The notes beneath the pieces were generated by a model, which worked only from the letters and a program-made list of their open reading frames with translations, ran no database searches and had not been told where the DNA came from. Shown piece by piece: positions 34,601-48,769 of a stretch of DNA of 64,000 bases. The stretch is from Eledone cirrhosa (Eukaryota): positions 32,178,001-32,242,000 of the forward strand of contig OZ024744.1 in the NCBI GenBank assembly GCA_964016885.1, written 5' to 3'. Numbering within the stretch: the stretch's first letter is position 1; the number at the start of each line of letters is the position of its first letter. The position numbers were made by a program, and so were the translations under genes.

Positions 34601-37600
34601 TCTCCGAAATGAGAGATCACAGCTCTGATACTATTGATATGTGGTTAGAATGTCTCAGGATATCAGAGAGTCATTTCAGGTAGAGCTGCTACTTCTCTGA
34701 ATTGAGAGATCACATCTCTGATACTATGGACATGTGGTTAGAATGTCTCCGGAGATCAGAGATTCACTCCGGGTTGAGCTGCTACTTCTCCGATTTAAGA
34801 GATCACAACTCCCATACTATGTACATCTGGTTAGAATGTCTCAGAAGATCAGAGAGTCACTCCAGGTAGAGCTGCTACGTCCCCTAATTGAGAGATCACA
34901 GATCCGATACTATGGACATGGGCTTAGAATGGCTCGGAAGATCAGAGAGTCATTCCAGGTAGAGATGCTAATTCCACGAATTGAGAGATCACAGATCCGA
35001 TACTATGGACATCTGGTTAGAATGTCTCAGGAGATCATGGAGTCACTCCAGGTAGAGCTGCTACTTCTCCGAATTGAGAGATCACAGATCTGATATTATG
35101 TACATGGGGTTAGAATATTTCAGGAGATCAGAGAGTCACTTCAGGTAGAGATGCTACTTCTCTGAATTGAGAGATCACAGATCCGATAATATGGTCATGG
35201 GGTTAGAATGTCTCAGGAGATCAGAGAGTCAATCCAGGTAGAGATGTTACTTCACCGAATTGAGAGATCACAGATCCGATACTATGGACATCTTGTTAGA
35301 ATGTCTCAGGAGATCAGGGAGTCAATCCAGGTAGAGCTGCTACTTCTCCGAATTGAGAGATCACAGATCTGATACAATGTACATGTAGTTAGAATGTCTT
35401 AGGAGATCAGAGAGTCACTTCAGGTAGAGCTGCTACTTCTCTGAATTGAGAGATCACAGATCCGATACTATGGTCATGTGGTTAGAATGTCTCAGGAGAT
35501 CAGAGAGTCACTTCAGGTAGAGTTGCTACTTCTCTGAATTGAGAGATCACAGATCCGATACTATGGTCATGTGGTTAGAATATCTCAGGAGATCAGAGAG
35601 TCACTCCGGGTTGAGTTGCTACTTCCCCGAATTGAGAGATCACAGATCTGATACTACGGGCATGTGGTTAGAATGTCATCAGGAGATCTGAGAGTCACAG
35701 CAGGTAGAGCTGCTACTTCTCCGAATTGAGAGATCACAGATCTGATACTATGGACACCTGGTTAGAATGTCTCAGGAGATCAGGGAGTCATTCCAGGTTG
35801 AGCTGCTACTTCTCCGAAATGAGAGATCACAGCTCTGATACTATTGACATGTGGTTAGAATGTCTCAGGAGATCAGAGATTCACTCCGGGTTGAGCTGCT
35901 ACTTCTCCGATTTAAGAGATCACAGCTCCCATACTATGTACATCTGGTTAGAATGTCTCAGGAGATCAGAGAGTCACTCCAGGTAGAGCTGCTACGTCCC
36001 CGAATTGTGAGATCACAGATCTGATACTATGGACATCTGGTTAGAATGTCATCAGGAGATCTGAGAGTCACTCCAGGTAGAGCTGTTACTTCCCCGAATT
36101 GAGAGATCACAGATCCGGTACTATGGACATGTGTTTAGATTGTCTCAGGAGATCAGAGTGTCACTCCAGGTAGAGGTGCTATTTCCCCGAATTGAGAGAT
36201 CACAGATCCGATAATATGGACGTCTGGTTAGAATGTCTCAGGAGATCAGAGTTTCATTCCAGGTGGAGCTGCTACTTCTCTGAATTGAGAGATCACAGAC
36301 CCGATACTATGGACATCTTGTTAGAATGTCTCAGGAGATCAGGGAGTCAATCCAGGTAGAGCTGCTACTTCTCCGAATTGAGAGATCACAGATCCGATAA
36401 TATGGTCATGGGGTTAGAATGTCTCAGGAGATCAGAGAGTCAATCCAGGTAGAGATGTTACTTCACCGAATTGAGAGATCACAGATCCGATACTATGGAC
36501 ATCTTGTTAGAATGTCTCAGGAGATCAGGGAGTCAATCCAGGTAGAGCTGCTACTTCTCCGAATTGAGAGATCACAGATCTGATACAATGTACATGTAGT
36601 TAGAATGTCTTAGGAGATCAGAGAGTCACTTCAGGTAGAGATGCTACTTCTCTGAATTGAGAGATCACAGATCCGATACTATGGTCATGCGGTTACAATA
36701 TCTCAGGAGATCAGAGAGTCACTCCGGGTTGAGTTGCTACTTCCCCGAATTGAGAGATCACAGATCTGATACTACGGGCATGTGGTTAGAATGTCATCAG
36801 GAGATCTGAGAGTCACAGCAGGTAGAGCTGCTACTTCTCCGAATTGAGAGATCACAGATCTGATACTATGGACACCTGGTTAGAATGTCTCAGGAGATCA
36901 GGGAGTCATTCCAGGTTGAGCTGCTACTTCTCCGAAATGAGAGATCACAGCTCTGATACTATTGATATGTGGTTAGAATGTCTCAGGATATCAGAGAGTC
37001 ATTTCAGGTAGAGCTGCTACTTCTCTGAATTGAGAGATCACATCTCTGATACTATTGACATGTGGTTAGAATGTCTCAGGCGATCAGAGATTCACTCCGG
37101 GTTGAGCTGCTACTTCTCCGATTTAAGAGATCACAGCTCCCATACTATGTACATCTGGTTAGAATGTCTCAGGAGATCAGAGAGTCACTCCAGGTAGAGC
37201 TGCTACGTCCCCGAATTGTAAGATCACAGATCTGATACTATGGACATCTGGTTAGAATGTCATCAGGAGATCTGAGAGTCACTCCAGGTAGAGCTGTTAC
37301 TTCCCCGAATTGAGAGATCACAGATCCGGTACTATGGACATGTGTTTAGATTGTCTCAGGAGATCAGAGTGTCACTCCAGGTAGAGGTGCTATTTCCCCG
37401 AATTGAGAGATCACAGATCCGATAATATGGACATCTGGTTAGAATGTCTCAGGAGATCAGAGAGTCAATCCAGGTAGAGCTGCTACTTCCCCGAATTGAG
37501 AGATCACAGATCCGGTACTATGGACATGTGTTTAGAATGTCTCAGGAGATCAGAGTGTCACTCCAGGTAGAGCTGCTATTTCCCCGAATTAAGAGATTAC

Positions 37601-40600
37601 AGATCCGATACTATGGACATCGGGTTAGAATGTCTCAGGAGGTCAGAGAGTCACTCCAGGTAGAGCTGCTACTTCCCCGAATTGAGAGATCACAGAACGG
37701 ATACTATGGGCATGTGGTTAGAATGTCTCAGGAGATCAGAGAGTCATTCCAGTTTGAGCTGCTACTTCTCCGAATTGAGAGATCACAGCTCTGATTCTAT
37801 TGATATGTGGTTAGAATGTCTCAGGATATCAGAGTTTCACTCCAGGTGGAGCTGCTACTTCTCTGAATTGAGAGATCACAGACCCGATACTATGGACATC
37901 TGGTTAGAATGACTCAGGAGATCAGACATTCACTCCAGGTAGAGCTGCTACTTCCGTGAATTCAGAGATCAAAGATCCGATACTATTGATATGTGGTTAG
38001 AATGTCTCAGGATATCAGAGAGTCACTTCAGGTAGAGCTGCTACTTCTCTGAATTGAGAGATCACGTCTCTGATACTATGGACATGTGGTTAGAATATCT
38101 CAGGAGATCAGAGAGTCACTCCGGGTTGAGCTGCTACTTCTCCGATTTAAGAGATCACAGCTCCCATACTATGTACATGCGGTTAGAATATCTCAGGAGA
38201 TCAGAGAGTCACTTCAGGTAGAGATGCTACTTCTCTGAATTGAGAGATCACAGATCAGATACTATGGACATGTGGGTAGACTGTCACAGGAGATCAGGGA
38301 GTCACTCCGGGTTGAGCTGCTACTTCTCTGAATTGAGAGATCACGGATCAGATACTATGGACATGTGGATAGAATGTCTCAGGAGATCAGATAGTCACTC
38401 CAGGTAGAGCCGCTACTTTTCTGAATTGAGAGATCACAGATCTGATACTATGGACATGTAGTTAGAATATCTCAGGAGATCAGAGTGTCACTCCAGGTAG
38501 AGTTGCTACTTCTCCGAATTGAGAGATCACAGATCCGATACTATGCACATCTGGTTAGAATGTATCATGAGATCAGAGATTCAATCCAGGTAGAGATGCT
38601 ACTTCTCCGAATTGAGAGATCACAGATCCGATACTATGGACATCTGGTTAGAATGTCTCAGGAGATCAGGGAGTCACTCCCGGTAGAGCTGCTACTTCCC
38701 CGAATTGAGAGATCACATATCCGATACTATGGGCATGTGGTTAGAATGTCTCAGGAGATCAGAGAGTCACTTCAGATAGAGATGCTACTTCCCCGAATTG
38801 AGAGATCACAGGTCTGATAATATGGACATGTGGTTAGAATGTCTCAGGAGATCAGAGAGTCACTCCAGGTTCAGCTGCTACTTCTCCGAAATGAGAGATC
38901 ACAGATCCGATACTATGGAAATGGTGTTAGAATGTCTCAGGAGATCAGAGACTCACTTCAGGTAGAGCTGCTACTTCTCTGAATTGAGAGATCACAGATC
39001 CGATACTATTGACATGTGGTTAGAATGTCTCAGGAGATCAGACAGTCATTCCAGGTAGAGCTGCTACTTCCCCGAATTCAGAGATCAAAGATCCGATACT
39101 ATGGACATCTGTTTAGAATGTCTCAGGAGATCAGAGAGTCACTCCAGGTTTAGCTGCTATGTCTCCGAATAGAGAGATCACAGCTCTGATACAATGGACA
39201 TTTGGTTAGAATGTCTCAGGAGATCAGAGAATCACTTCAGGTATAGCTGCTACTTCTCTGAACTGAGAGATCACAGATCCGATACAATGGACATGTGGTT
39301 AGAATGTCTCGGGAGATCAGAGAGTCACTCCAGGTAGAGCTGCTACTTCCCCGAATTGAGAAATCACAGATCTGATACTATGGACATCTGGTTAGAATGT
39401 CTCAGGAGATCAGGGAATCACTCCAGGTAGAGCTGCTACTTCTACGAATTGAGAGATCACAGATCTGATACTATGTACATGTGGTTAGAATATATCAGGA
39501 GATTAGAGAGTCACTTCAGGTAGAGTTGCTACTTCTCTGAATTGAGAGATCACAGATCCGATACTATGGTCATGTGGTTAGAATGTCTCAGGTGATCAGA
39601 GAGTTACTCCAGGTAGAGCTGCTACTTCTCCGAATTGAGAGATTACAACTCTCGATACTATGGACATTTGGTTAGAATGTCTCAGGAGATCAGACAGTCA
39701 CTCCAGGTAGAGCTGCTACTTCCCCGAATTCAGAGATCAAAGATCCGATACTGTGGCCATCTGGTTAGAATGTCTCAGGAGATCAGAGTGTCAATCCAGG
39801 TAGAGCTGCTACTTCCCTGAATTGAGAGATCACAGATCCGATACTATGGACATGTGGTTAGAATGTTTCAGCAGATCAGGGAGTCACTCCAGCTTGAGGT
39901 GCTACTTCTCTGAATTGAGAGATCACAGTTCTGATACTATGGACATGTGGTTAGAATGTCTCAGGAGATCAGAGAGTCACTCCAGGTAGAGCTGCTACTT
40001 CTCTGAATTGAGAGATCACAGATCAGATACTATGGACATGTGGTTAGAATGTCTCAGGAGATCAGAGAGTCACTCCAGGTAGAGTTGCTACTTCTCCGAA
40101 TTGAGAGATCACAGATCCGATACTATGCACATCTCGTTAGAATGTATCATGAGATCAGAGAGCTAATCTAGGTAGAGCTGCTAGTTCTCCGAATTGAGAG
40201 ATCACAGCTTTGATACTATGGACATGTGGTTAGAATGTCTCAGGAGATCAGGGAGTTACTCCGGGTTGAGCTGCTACTTCTCCGAATTAAGAGATTATAG
40301 CTCCGATACTATGGACATCTGGTTAGAATGTCTCAGGATATCAGAGAGTCACTCCAGGTAGAGCTGCTACTTCCCCGAATTGAGAGATCACAGATCCGGT
40401 ACTATGGACATGTGTTTAGAATGTCTCAGGAGATCAGAGTGTCACTCCAGGTAGAGCTGCTATTTCCCCGAATTGAGAGATCACAGATCCAATACCATGC
40501 ACATCTGGTTAGAATGTCTCAGGAGATCAGAGAATCACTCCAGGTAGAGCTGCTACTTCCCCGAATTGAGAGATCACAGATCTGATACTATGGTCATGTG

Positions 40601-43600
40601 ATTAGAATGTCTTAGGAGATCAGAGAGTCACTCCAGGTAGAGTTGCTACTTCCCCGAATTCTGAGATCACAGATCCGATACCATGCAAATCTGGTTAGAA
40701 TATCTCAGGAGATCAGAGAGTCAATCCAGGTAGAGCTGCTACTTCCCCGAAATGAGAGATCACAGCTCCGATACTATGGACATGTGGTTAGAATGTCTCA
40801 GTGTATCAGAGAGTCACTCCAGGTAGAGCTGCTACTTCTCCGAATTGAGAGATTACAGCTCCAATACTATGGACATGTGGTTAGAATGTCTCAGGAGATC
40901 AGAGGAGTCACTCCAGGTAGAGCTGCTGCTTCTCTGAATTGAGAGATCACAGATCTGATACTATGTACATGTGGTTAGAATATCTCAGGAGATCAGAGAG
41001 TCACTTCAGGTAGAGTTGCTACTTCACTGAATTGAGAGATCACAGATCCGATACTTTGGTCATGTAGTTAGAATGTCTCAAGAGATCAGAGAATCACTCC
41101 AGCTAGAGCTGCAACTTCTCCGAATTGAGAGATTACAGCTCCGATACTATGGACATGTGGTTAGAATGTCTCAGGATATCAGAGAGTCACTTCAGGTAGA
41201 GTTGCTACTTCGCTGAATTGAGAGATCACAGCTCCCATACTATGTACATTTGGTTAGAATGTCTCAGGAAATCAGAGAGTCACTCCAGGTAGAGCTGCTA
41301 TTTCTCCGAATTGAGAGATCACAGATCTGATACTATGGACATCTGGTTAGAATGTCTCAGGAGATCAGGGAATCACTCCAGGTAGAGCTGCTACTTCTAC
41401 GAATTGAGAGATCACAGATCTGATACTATGTACATGTGGTTAGAATATCTCAGGAGATTAGAGAGTCACTTCAGGTAGAGTTGCTACTTCTCTGAATTGA
41501 GAGATCACAGATCCGATACTATGGTCATGTGGTTAGAATGTCTCAGGTGATCAGAGAGTTACTCCAGGTAGAGCTGCTACTTCTCCGAATTGAGAGATTA
41601 CAACTCTCGATACTATGGACATTTGGTTAGAATGTCTCAGGAGATCAGACAGTCACTCCAGGTAGAGCTGCTACTTCCCCGAATTCAGAGATCAAAGATC
41701 CGATACTGTGGCCATCTGGTTAGAATGTCTCAGGAGATCAGAGAGTCACTCCAGGTAGAGTTGCTACTTCTCCGAATTGAGAGATCACAGATCCGATACT
41801 ATGCACATCTCGTTAGAATGTATCATGAGATCAGAGAGCTAATCTAGGTAGAGCTGCTAGTTCTCCGAATTGAGAGATCACAGCTTTGATACTATGGACA
41901 TGTGGTTAGAATGTCTCAGGAGATCAGAGAGTCACTCCAGTTAGGGCTGCTACTTCTCTGAATTGAGAGATCACATCTCTGATACTATGGACATGTGGTT
42001 AGAATGTTTCAGCAGATCAGGGAGTCACTCCAGCTTGAGGTGCTACTTCTCTGAATTGAGAGATCACAGTTCTGATACTATGGACATGTGGTTAGAATGT
42101 CTCAGGAGATCAGAGAGTCACTCCAGGTAGAGCTGCTACTTCTCTGAATTGAGAGATCACAGATCAGATACTATGGACATGTGGTTAGAATGTCTCAGGA
42201 GATCAGAGAGTCACTCCAGGTAGAGTTGCTACTTCTCCGAATTGAGAGATCACAGATCCGATACTATGCACATCTCGTTAGAATGTATCATGAGATCAGA
42301 GAGCTAATCTAGGTAGAGCTGCTAGTTCTCCGAATTGAGAGATCACAGCTTTGATACTATGGACATGTGGTTAGAATGTCTCAGGAGATCAGAGAGTCAC
42401 TCCAGTTAGGGCTGCTACTTCTCTGAATTGAGAGATCACATCTCTGATACTATGGACATGTGGTTAGAATGTCTCAGGATATCAGAGAGTCACTCCAGGT
42501 AGAGCTGCTACTTCCCCGAATTGAGAGATCACAGATCCGGTACTATGGACATGTGTTTAGAATGTCTCAGGAGATCAGAGTGTCACTCCAGGTAGAGCTG
42601 CTATTTCCCCGAATTGAGAGATCACAGATCCAATACCATGCACATCTGGTTAGAATGTCTCAGGAGATCAGAGAGTCACTCCAGGTAGAGCTGCTACTTC
42701 CCCGAATTGAGAGATCACAGATCTGATACTATGGTCATGTGATTAGAATGTCTTAGGAGATCAGAGAGTCACTCCAGGTAGAGTTGCTTCTTCCCCGAAT
42801 TGTGAGATCACAGATCCGATACCATGCAAATCTGGTTAGAATATCTCAGGAGATCAGAGAGTCAATCCAGGTAGAGCTGCTACTTCCCCGAAATGAGAGA
42901 TCACAGCTCCGATACTATGGACATGTGGTTAGAATGTCTCAGTGTATCAGAGAGTCACTCCAGGTAGAGCTGCTACTTCTCCGAATTGAGAGATTACAGC
43001 TCCAATACTATGGACATGTGGTTAGAATGTCTCAGGAGATCAGAGGAGTCACTTCAGGTAGAGCTGCTGCTTCTCTGAATTGAGAGATCACAGATCTGAT
43101 ACTATGTACATGTGGTTAGAATATCTCAGGAGATCAGAGAATCACTCCAGCTAGAGCTGCAACTTCTCCGAATTGAGAGATTACAGCTCTGATACTATGG
43201 ACATGTGGTTAGAATGTCTCAGGAGATCAGAGAGTCACTCCAGGTAGAGTTGCTACTTCTCTGAATTGAGAGATCACAGATCCGATACTATGGTGATGGG
43301 GTTAGAATGTCTTAGGAGTTCAGAGAGGCACTCCAGGTAGAGATGCTACTTCCCCGAATTGAGAGATCACAGATCCGATACAATGGACATGTGGTTAGAA
43401 TGCCTCAGGAGATCAGAGAGTCATTCCAGGTTGAGCTGCTACATCTCCGAATTGGAAGATCACAGCTCTGATACTATTGATATGTGGTTAGAATGTCTCA
43501 GGATATCAGAGAGTCACTTCAGGTAGAGTTGCTACTTCGCTGAATTGAGAGATCACAGCTCCCATACTATGTACATTTGGTTAGAATGTCTCAGGAAATC

Positions 43601-46600
43601 AGAGAGTCACTCCAGGTAGAGCTGCTATTTCTCCGAATTGAGAGATCACAGATCTGATACTATGTACATGCGGTTAGAATATCTCAGGAGATCAGAGAGT
43701 CACTTGAGGTAGAGATGCTACTTCTCTGAATTGAGAGATCACAGATCAGATACTATGGACATGTGGGTAGACTATCACAGGAGATCAGGGAGTCACTCCG
43801 GGTTGAGCTGCTACTTCTCTGAATTGAGAGATCACGGATCAGATACTATGGACATGTGGATAGAATGTCTCAGGAGATCAGATAGTCACTCCAGGTAGAG
43901 CCGCTCCTTTTCTGAATTGAGAGATCACAGATCTGATACTATGGACATGTAGTTAGTATATCTCAGGAGATCAGTGTGTCACTCCAGGTAGAGTTGCTAC
44001 TTCTCCGAATTGAGAGATCACAGATCCGATACTATGCACATCTGGTTAGAATGTATCATGAGATCAGAGATTCAATCCAGGTAGAGATGCTACTTCTCCG
44101 AATTGAGAGATCACAGATCCGATACTATGGATATCTGGTTAGAATGTCTCAGGAGATCAGGGAGTCACTCCCGGTAGAGCTGCTACTTCCCCGAATTGAG
44201 AGATCGCAGATCCGATAATATGGACATCTGGTTAGAATGTCATCAGGAGATCTGAGAGACACTCCAGGTAGAGCTGCTACTTCTCCGAATTGAGAGATCA
44301 CAGATCTGATACTATGGAAATGGTGTTAGAATATCTCAGGAGATCTGAGAGTCACTTCAGGTAGAGATGCTACTTCTCCGAATTGAGAGATCAAAGATCT
44401 GATAATATGAACATGTGGTTAGAATGTCTCAGGAGATCAGAGAGTCACTCCAGGTTCAGCTGCTACTTCTCCGAAATGAGAGATCACAGATCCGATACTA
44501 TGGAAATGGTGTTAGAATGTCTCAGGAGATCAGAGAGTCACTTCAGGTAGAGCTGCTACTTCTCTGAATTGAGATATCACAGATCCGATAATATTGACAT
44601 GTGGTTAGAATGTCTCAGGAGATCAGACAGTCATTCCAGGTAGAGCTGCTACTTCCCCGAATTCAGAGATCAAAGATCCGATACTATGGACATCTGTTTA
44701 GAATGTCTCAGGAGATCAGAGAGTCACTCCAGGTTTAGCTGCTACGTCTCCGAATAGAGAGATCACAGCTCTGAAACAATGGACATTTGGTTAAAATGTC
44801 TCAGGAGATCAGAGAATCACTTCAGGTATAGCTGCTACTTCTCTGAACTGAGAGATCACAGATCCGATACTATGGACATGTGGTTAGAATGTCTCGGGAG
44901 ATCAGAGAGTCACTCCAGGTAGAGCTGCTACTTCCCCAAATTGAGAGATCACAGATCTGATACTATGGACATCTGGTTAGAATGTCTCAGGAGATTAGAG
45001 AGTCACTTCAGGTAGAGTTGCTACTTCTCTGAATTGAGAGATCACAGATCCGATACTATGGTCATGTGGTTAGAATGTCTCAGGTGATCAGAGAGTTACT
45101 CCAGGTAGAGCTGCTACTTCTCCGAATTGAGAGATTACAACTCTCGATACTATGGACATCTGGTTAGAATGTCTCAGGAGATCAGACAGTCACTCCAGGT
45201 AGAGCTGCTACTCCCCCGAATTCAGAGATCAAAGATCCGATAATATTGATAACTGGTTAGAATGTCTCAGGAAATCAGAGAGTCACTTCAGGTAGAGCTG
45301 CTACTTCTCTGAATTGAGAGATCACATCTCTGATACTATGGACATCTGGTTAGAATGTCTCAGGAGATCAGAGAGTCACTCCAGGTAGAGTTGCTATTTC
45401 TCCGAATTGAGAGATCACAGAGCCGATACTATGGCCATCTGGTTAGAATGTCTCAGGAGATCAGAGTGTCAATCAAGGTAGAGCTGCTACTTCCGTGAAT
45501 TGAGAGATCACAGAGCCGATACTATGGACATGTGATTAGAATGTCTTAGGAGATCAGAGAGTCACTCCAAGTAGAGTTGCTACTTCCCCGAATTGAGAGA
45601 TCACAGATCCGATACCATGCAAATCTGGTTAGAATATCTCAGGAGATCAGAGAGTCAATCCAGGTAGAGCTGCTACTTCCCCGAAATGAGAGATCACAGA
45701 TCCGATACTATGGACATGGGGTTAGAATGTCTCAGCAGATCAGAGAGTCACTCCAGGTAGAGTTGCTACTTCTCCGAATTGAGAGATCACAGATCCGATA
45801 CTATGCACATCTGGTTAGAATGCATCAGGAAATCAGAGAGTCATTCCAGGTAGAGCTGCTTCTTCCCCGAATTGAGAGATCACAGATCCGTAACTATGGG
45901 CATGTGGTTAGAATGTCTCAGGAGATCAGAGAGTCACTCCAGGTTTAGCTGCTACTTCTCCGAATTGAGAGATCACAGCTCTGATACAATGGACATTTGG
46001 TTAGAATGTCTCAGGAGATCAGAGAATCACTTCAGGTATAGCTGCTACTTCTCTGAATTGAGAGATCACAGATCCGATACTATGGACATGTGGTTAGAAT
46101 GCCTCAGGAGATCAGAGAGTCACTCCAGGTAGAGTTGCTACTTCCCCGAATTGAGAGATCACAGATACGATACCATGCACATCTGGTTAGAATATCACAG
46201 CGGGATCAGAGAGTCAATCCAGGTAGGGCTGCTACTTCCCCGAAATGAGAGATCACAGATCCGATACTATGGACATGGTGTTAGAATGTCTCAGGAGATC
46301 AGAGAGTCACTTCAGGTAGAGCTGCTACTTCTCCGAATTGAGAGATCACAGATCCGATACTATTGACATGTGGTTAGAATGTCTCAGGAGATCAGACAGT
46401 CACTCCAGGTAGAGCTGCTACTTCCCCGAATTCAGAGATCAAAGATCCGATACTATGGACATGTGGTTAGAATATCTCAGTAGATCAGAGAGTCACTCCA
46501 GGTAGAGCTGCTACATCTCTGAATTGAGAGATCACAGATCCGATACTATGGAAATCTGTTTAGAATGTCTCAGGAGATCAGAGAGTCACTCCAGGTAGAG

Positions 46601-48769
46601 CTGCTACTTCCCCGAATTGAGAGATCAAAGATCCGATACTATGGACATGTGGTTAGAATGTCTCAGCAGATCAGAGAGTCACTCCAGGTAGAGCTGCTAC
46701 TTCCCCGAATTGAGAGATCACAAATCTGATACTATGGACATGTGATTAGAATGTCTCAGGAGATCAGAGAGTCACTCCAGGTAGAGTTGCTACTTCCCCG
46801 AATTGAGAGATCACAGATCCGATACCATGCAAATCTGGTTAGAATATCTCAGGAGATCAGAGAGTCAATCCAGGTAGAGCTGCTACTTCCCCGAAATGAG
46901 AGATCACAGATCCGATACTATGGACATGGGGTTAGAATGTCTCAGGAGATCAGAGATTCACTCCAGGTAGAGCTGCTACTTCCCCGAATTGAGAGATCAC
47001 AGATCTGATACTATCGACATGTGATTAGAATGTCTCAGGAGATCAGAGAGTCACTCCAGGTTGAGTTGCTACTTCCCCGAATTGAGAGATCACAGATCCG
47101 ATACCATGCAAATCTGGTTAGAATATCTCAGGAGATCAGAGAGTCAATCCAGGTAGAGCTGCTACTTCCCCGAAATGAGATATCACAGATCCGATACTAT
47201 GGACATGGGGTTAGAATGTCTCAGGAGATCAGAGTGTCACTTCAGGTAGAGCTGCTACTTCTCCGAATTGAGAGATCACAGATCCGATACTATTGACATG
47301 TGGTTAGAATGTCTCAGGAGATTAGACAGTCACTCCAGGTAGAGCTGCTACTTCCCCGATTTGAGAGATCAAAGATCCGATACTATGGACATGTGGTTAG
47401 AATATCTCAGCAGATCAGAGAGTCACTCCAGGTAGAGTTGCTACTTCTCCGAATTGAGAGATCACAGATCCGATACTATGCACATCTGGTTAGAATGCAT
47501 CAGGAAATCAGAGAGTCATTCCAGGTAGAGCTGCTTCTTCCCCGAATTGAGAGATCACAGATCCGTAACTATGGGCATGTGGTTAGAATGTCTCAGGAGA
47601 TCAGAGAGTCACTCCAGGTTTAGCTGCTACTTCTCCGAATTGAGAGATCACAGCTCTGATACAATGGACATTTGGTTAGAATGTCTCAGGAGATCAGAGA
47701 ATCACTTCAGGTTTAGCTGCTACTTCTCTGAATTGAGAGATCACAGATCCGATACTATGGACATGTGGTTAGAATAACTCAGGAGATCAGAGAGTCACTC
47801 CAGGTAGAGTTGCTACTTCCCCGAATTGAGAGATCACAGATACGATACCATGCACATCTGGTTAGAATATCACAGGGGGATCAGAGAGACAATCCATGTA
47901 GAGCTGCTACTTCCCCGAAATGAGAGATCACAGATCTGATACTATGGACATGGTGTTAGAATGTCTCAGGAGCTCAGAGAGTCACTTCAGGTAGAGCTGC
48001 TACTTCTCCGAATTGAGAGATCACAGGTCCGATACTATTGACATGTGGTTAGAATGTCTCAGGAGATCAGACAGTCACTCCAGGTAGAGCTGCTACCTCT
48101 CCGAATTCAGAGATCAAAGATCCGATACGATGGACATGTGGTTAGAATATCTCAGCAGATCAGAGAGTCACTCCAGGTAGAGCTGCTACATCTCTGAATT
48201 GAGAGATCACAGATCCGATACTACGGAAATCTGTTTAGAATGTCTCAGGATATCAGAGACTCACTCCAGGTAGAGCTGCTACTTCCCCGAATTGAGAGAT
48301 CAAAGATCCGATACTATGGACATGTGGTTAGAATGTCTCAGCAGATCAGAGAGTCACTCCAGGTAGAGCTGCTACTTCCCCGAATTGAGAGATCACAGAT
48401 CTGATACTATAGACATGTGATTAGAATATCTCAGGAGATCAGAGAGTCAATCCAGGTAGAGCTGCTACTTCCCCGAAATGAGAGCTCACAGATCCGATAC
48501 TATGGACATGGGGTTACAATGTCTCAGGAGATCAGAGTGTCACTTCAGGTAGAGCTGCTACTTCTCCGAATTGAGAGATCACAGATCCGATACTATTGAC
48601 ATGTGGTTAGAATGTCTCAGGAGATTAGACAGTCACTCCAGGTAGAGCTGCTACTTCCCCGATTTGAGAGATCAAAGATCCGATACTATGGACATGTGGT
48701 TAGAATGTCTCAGCAGATCAGAGAGTCACTCCAGGTAGAGTTGCTACTTCTCCGAATTGAGAGATCACA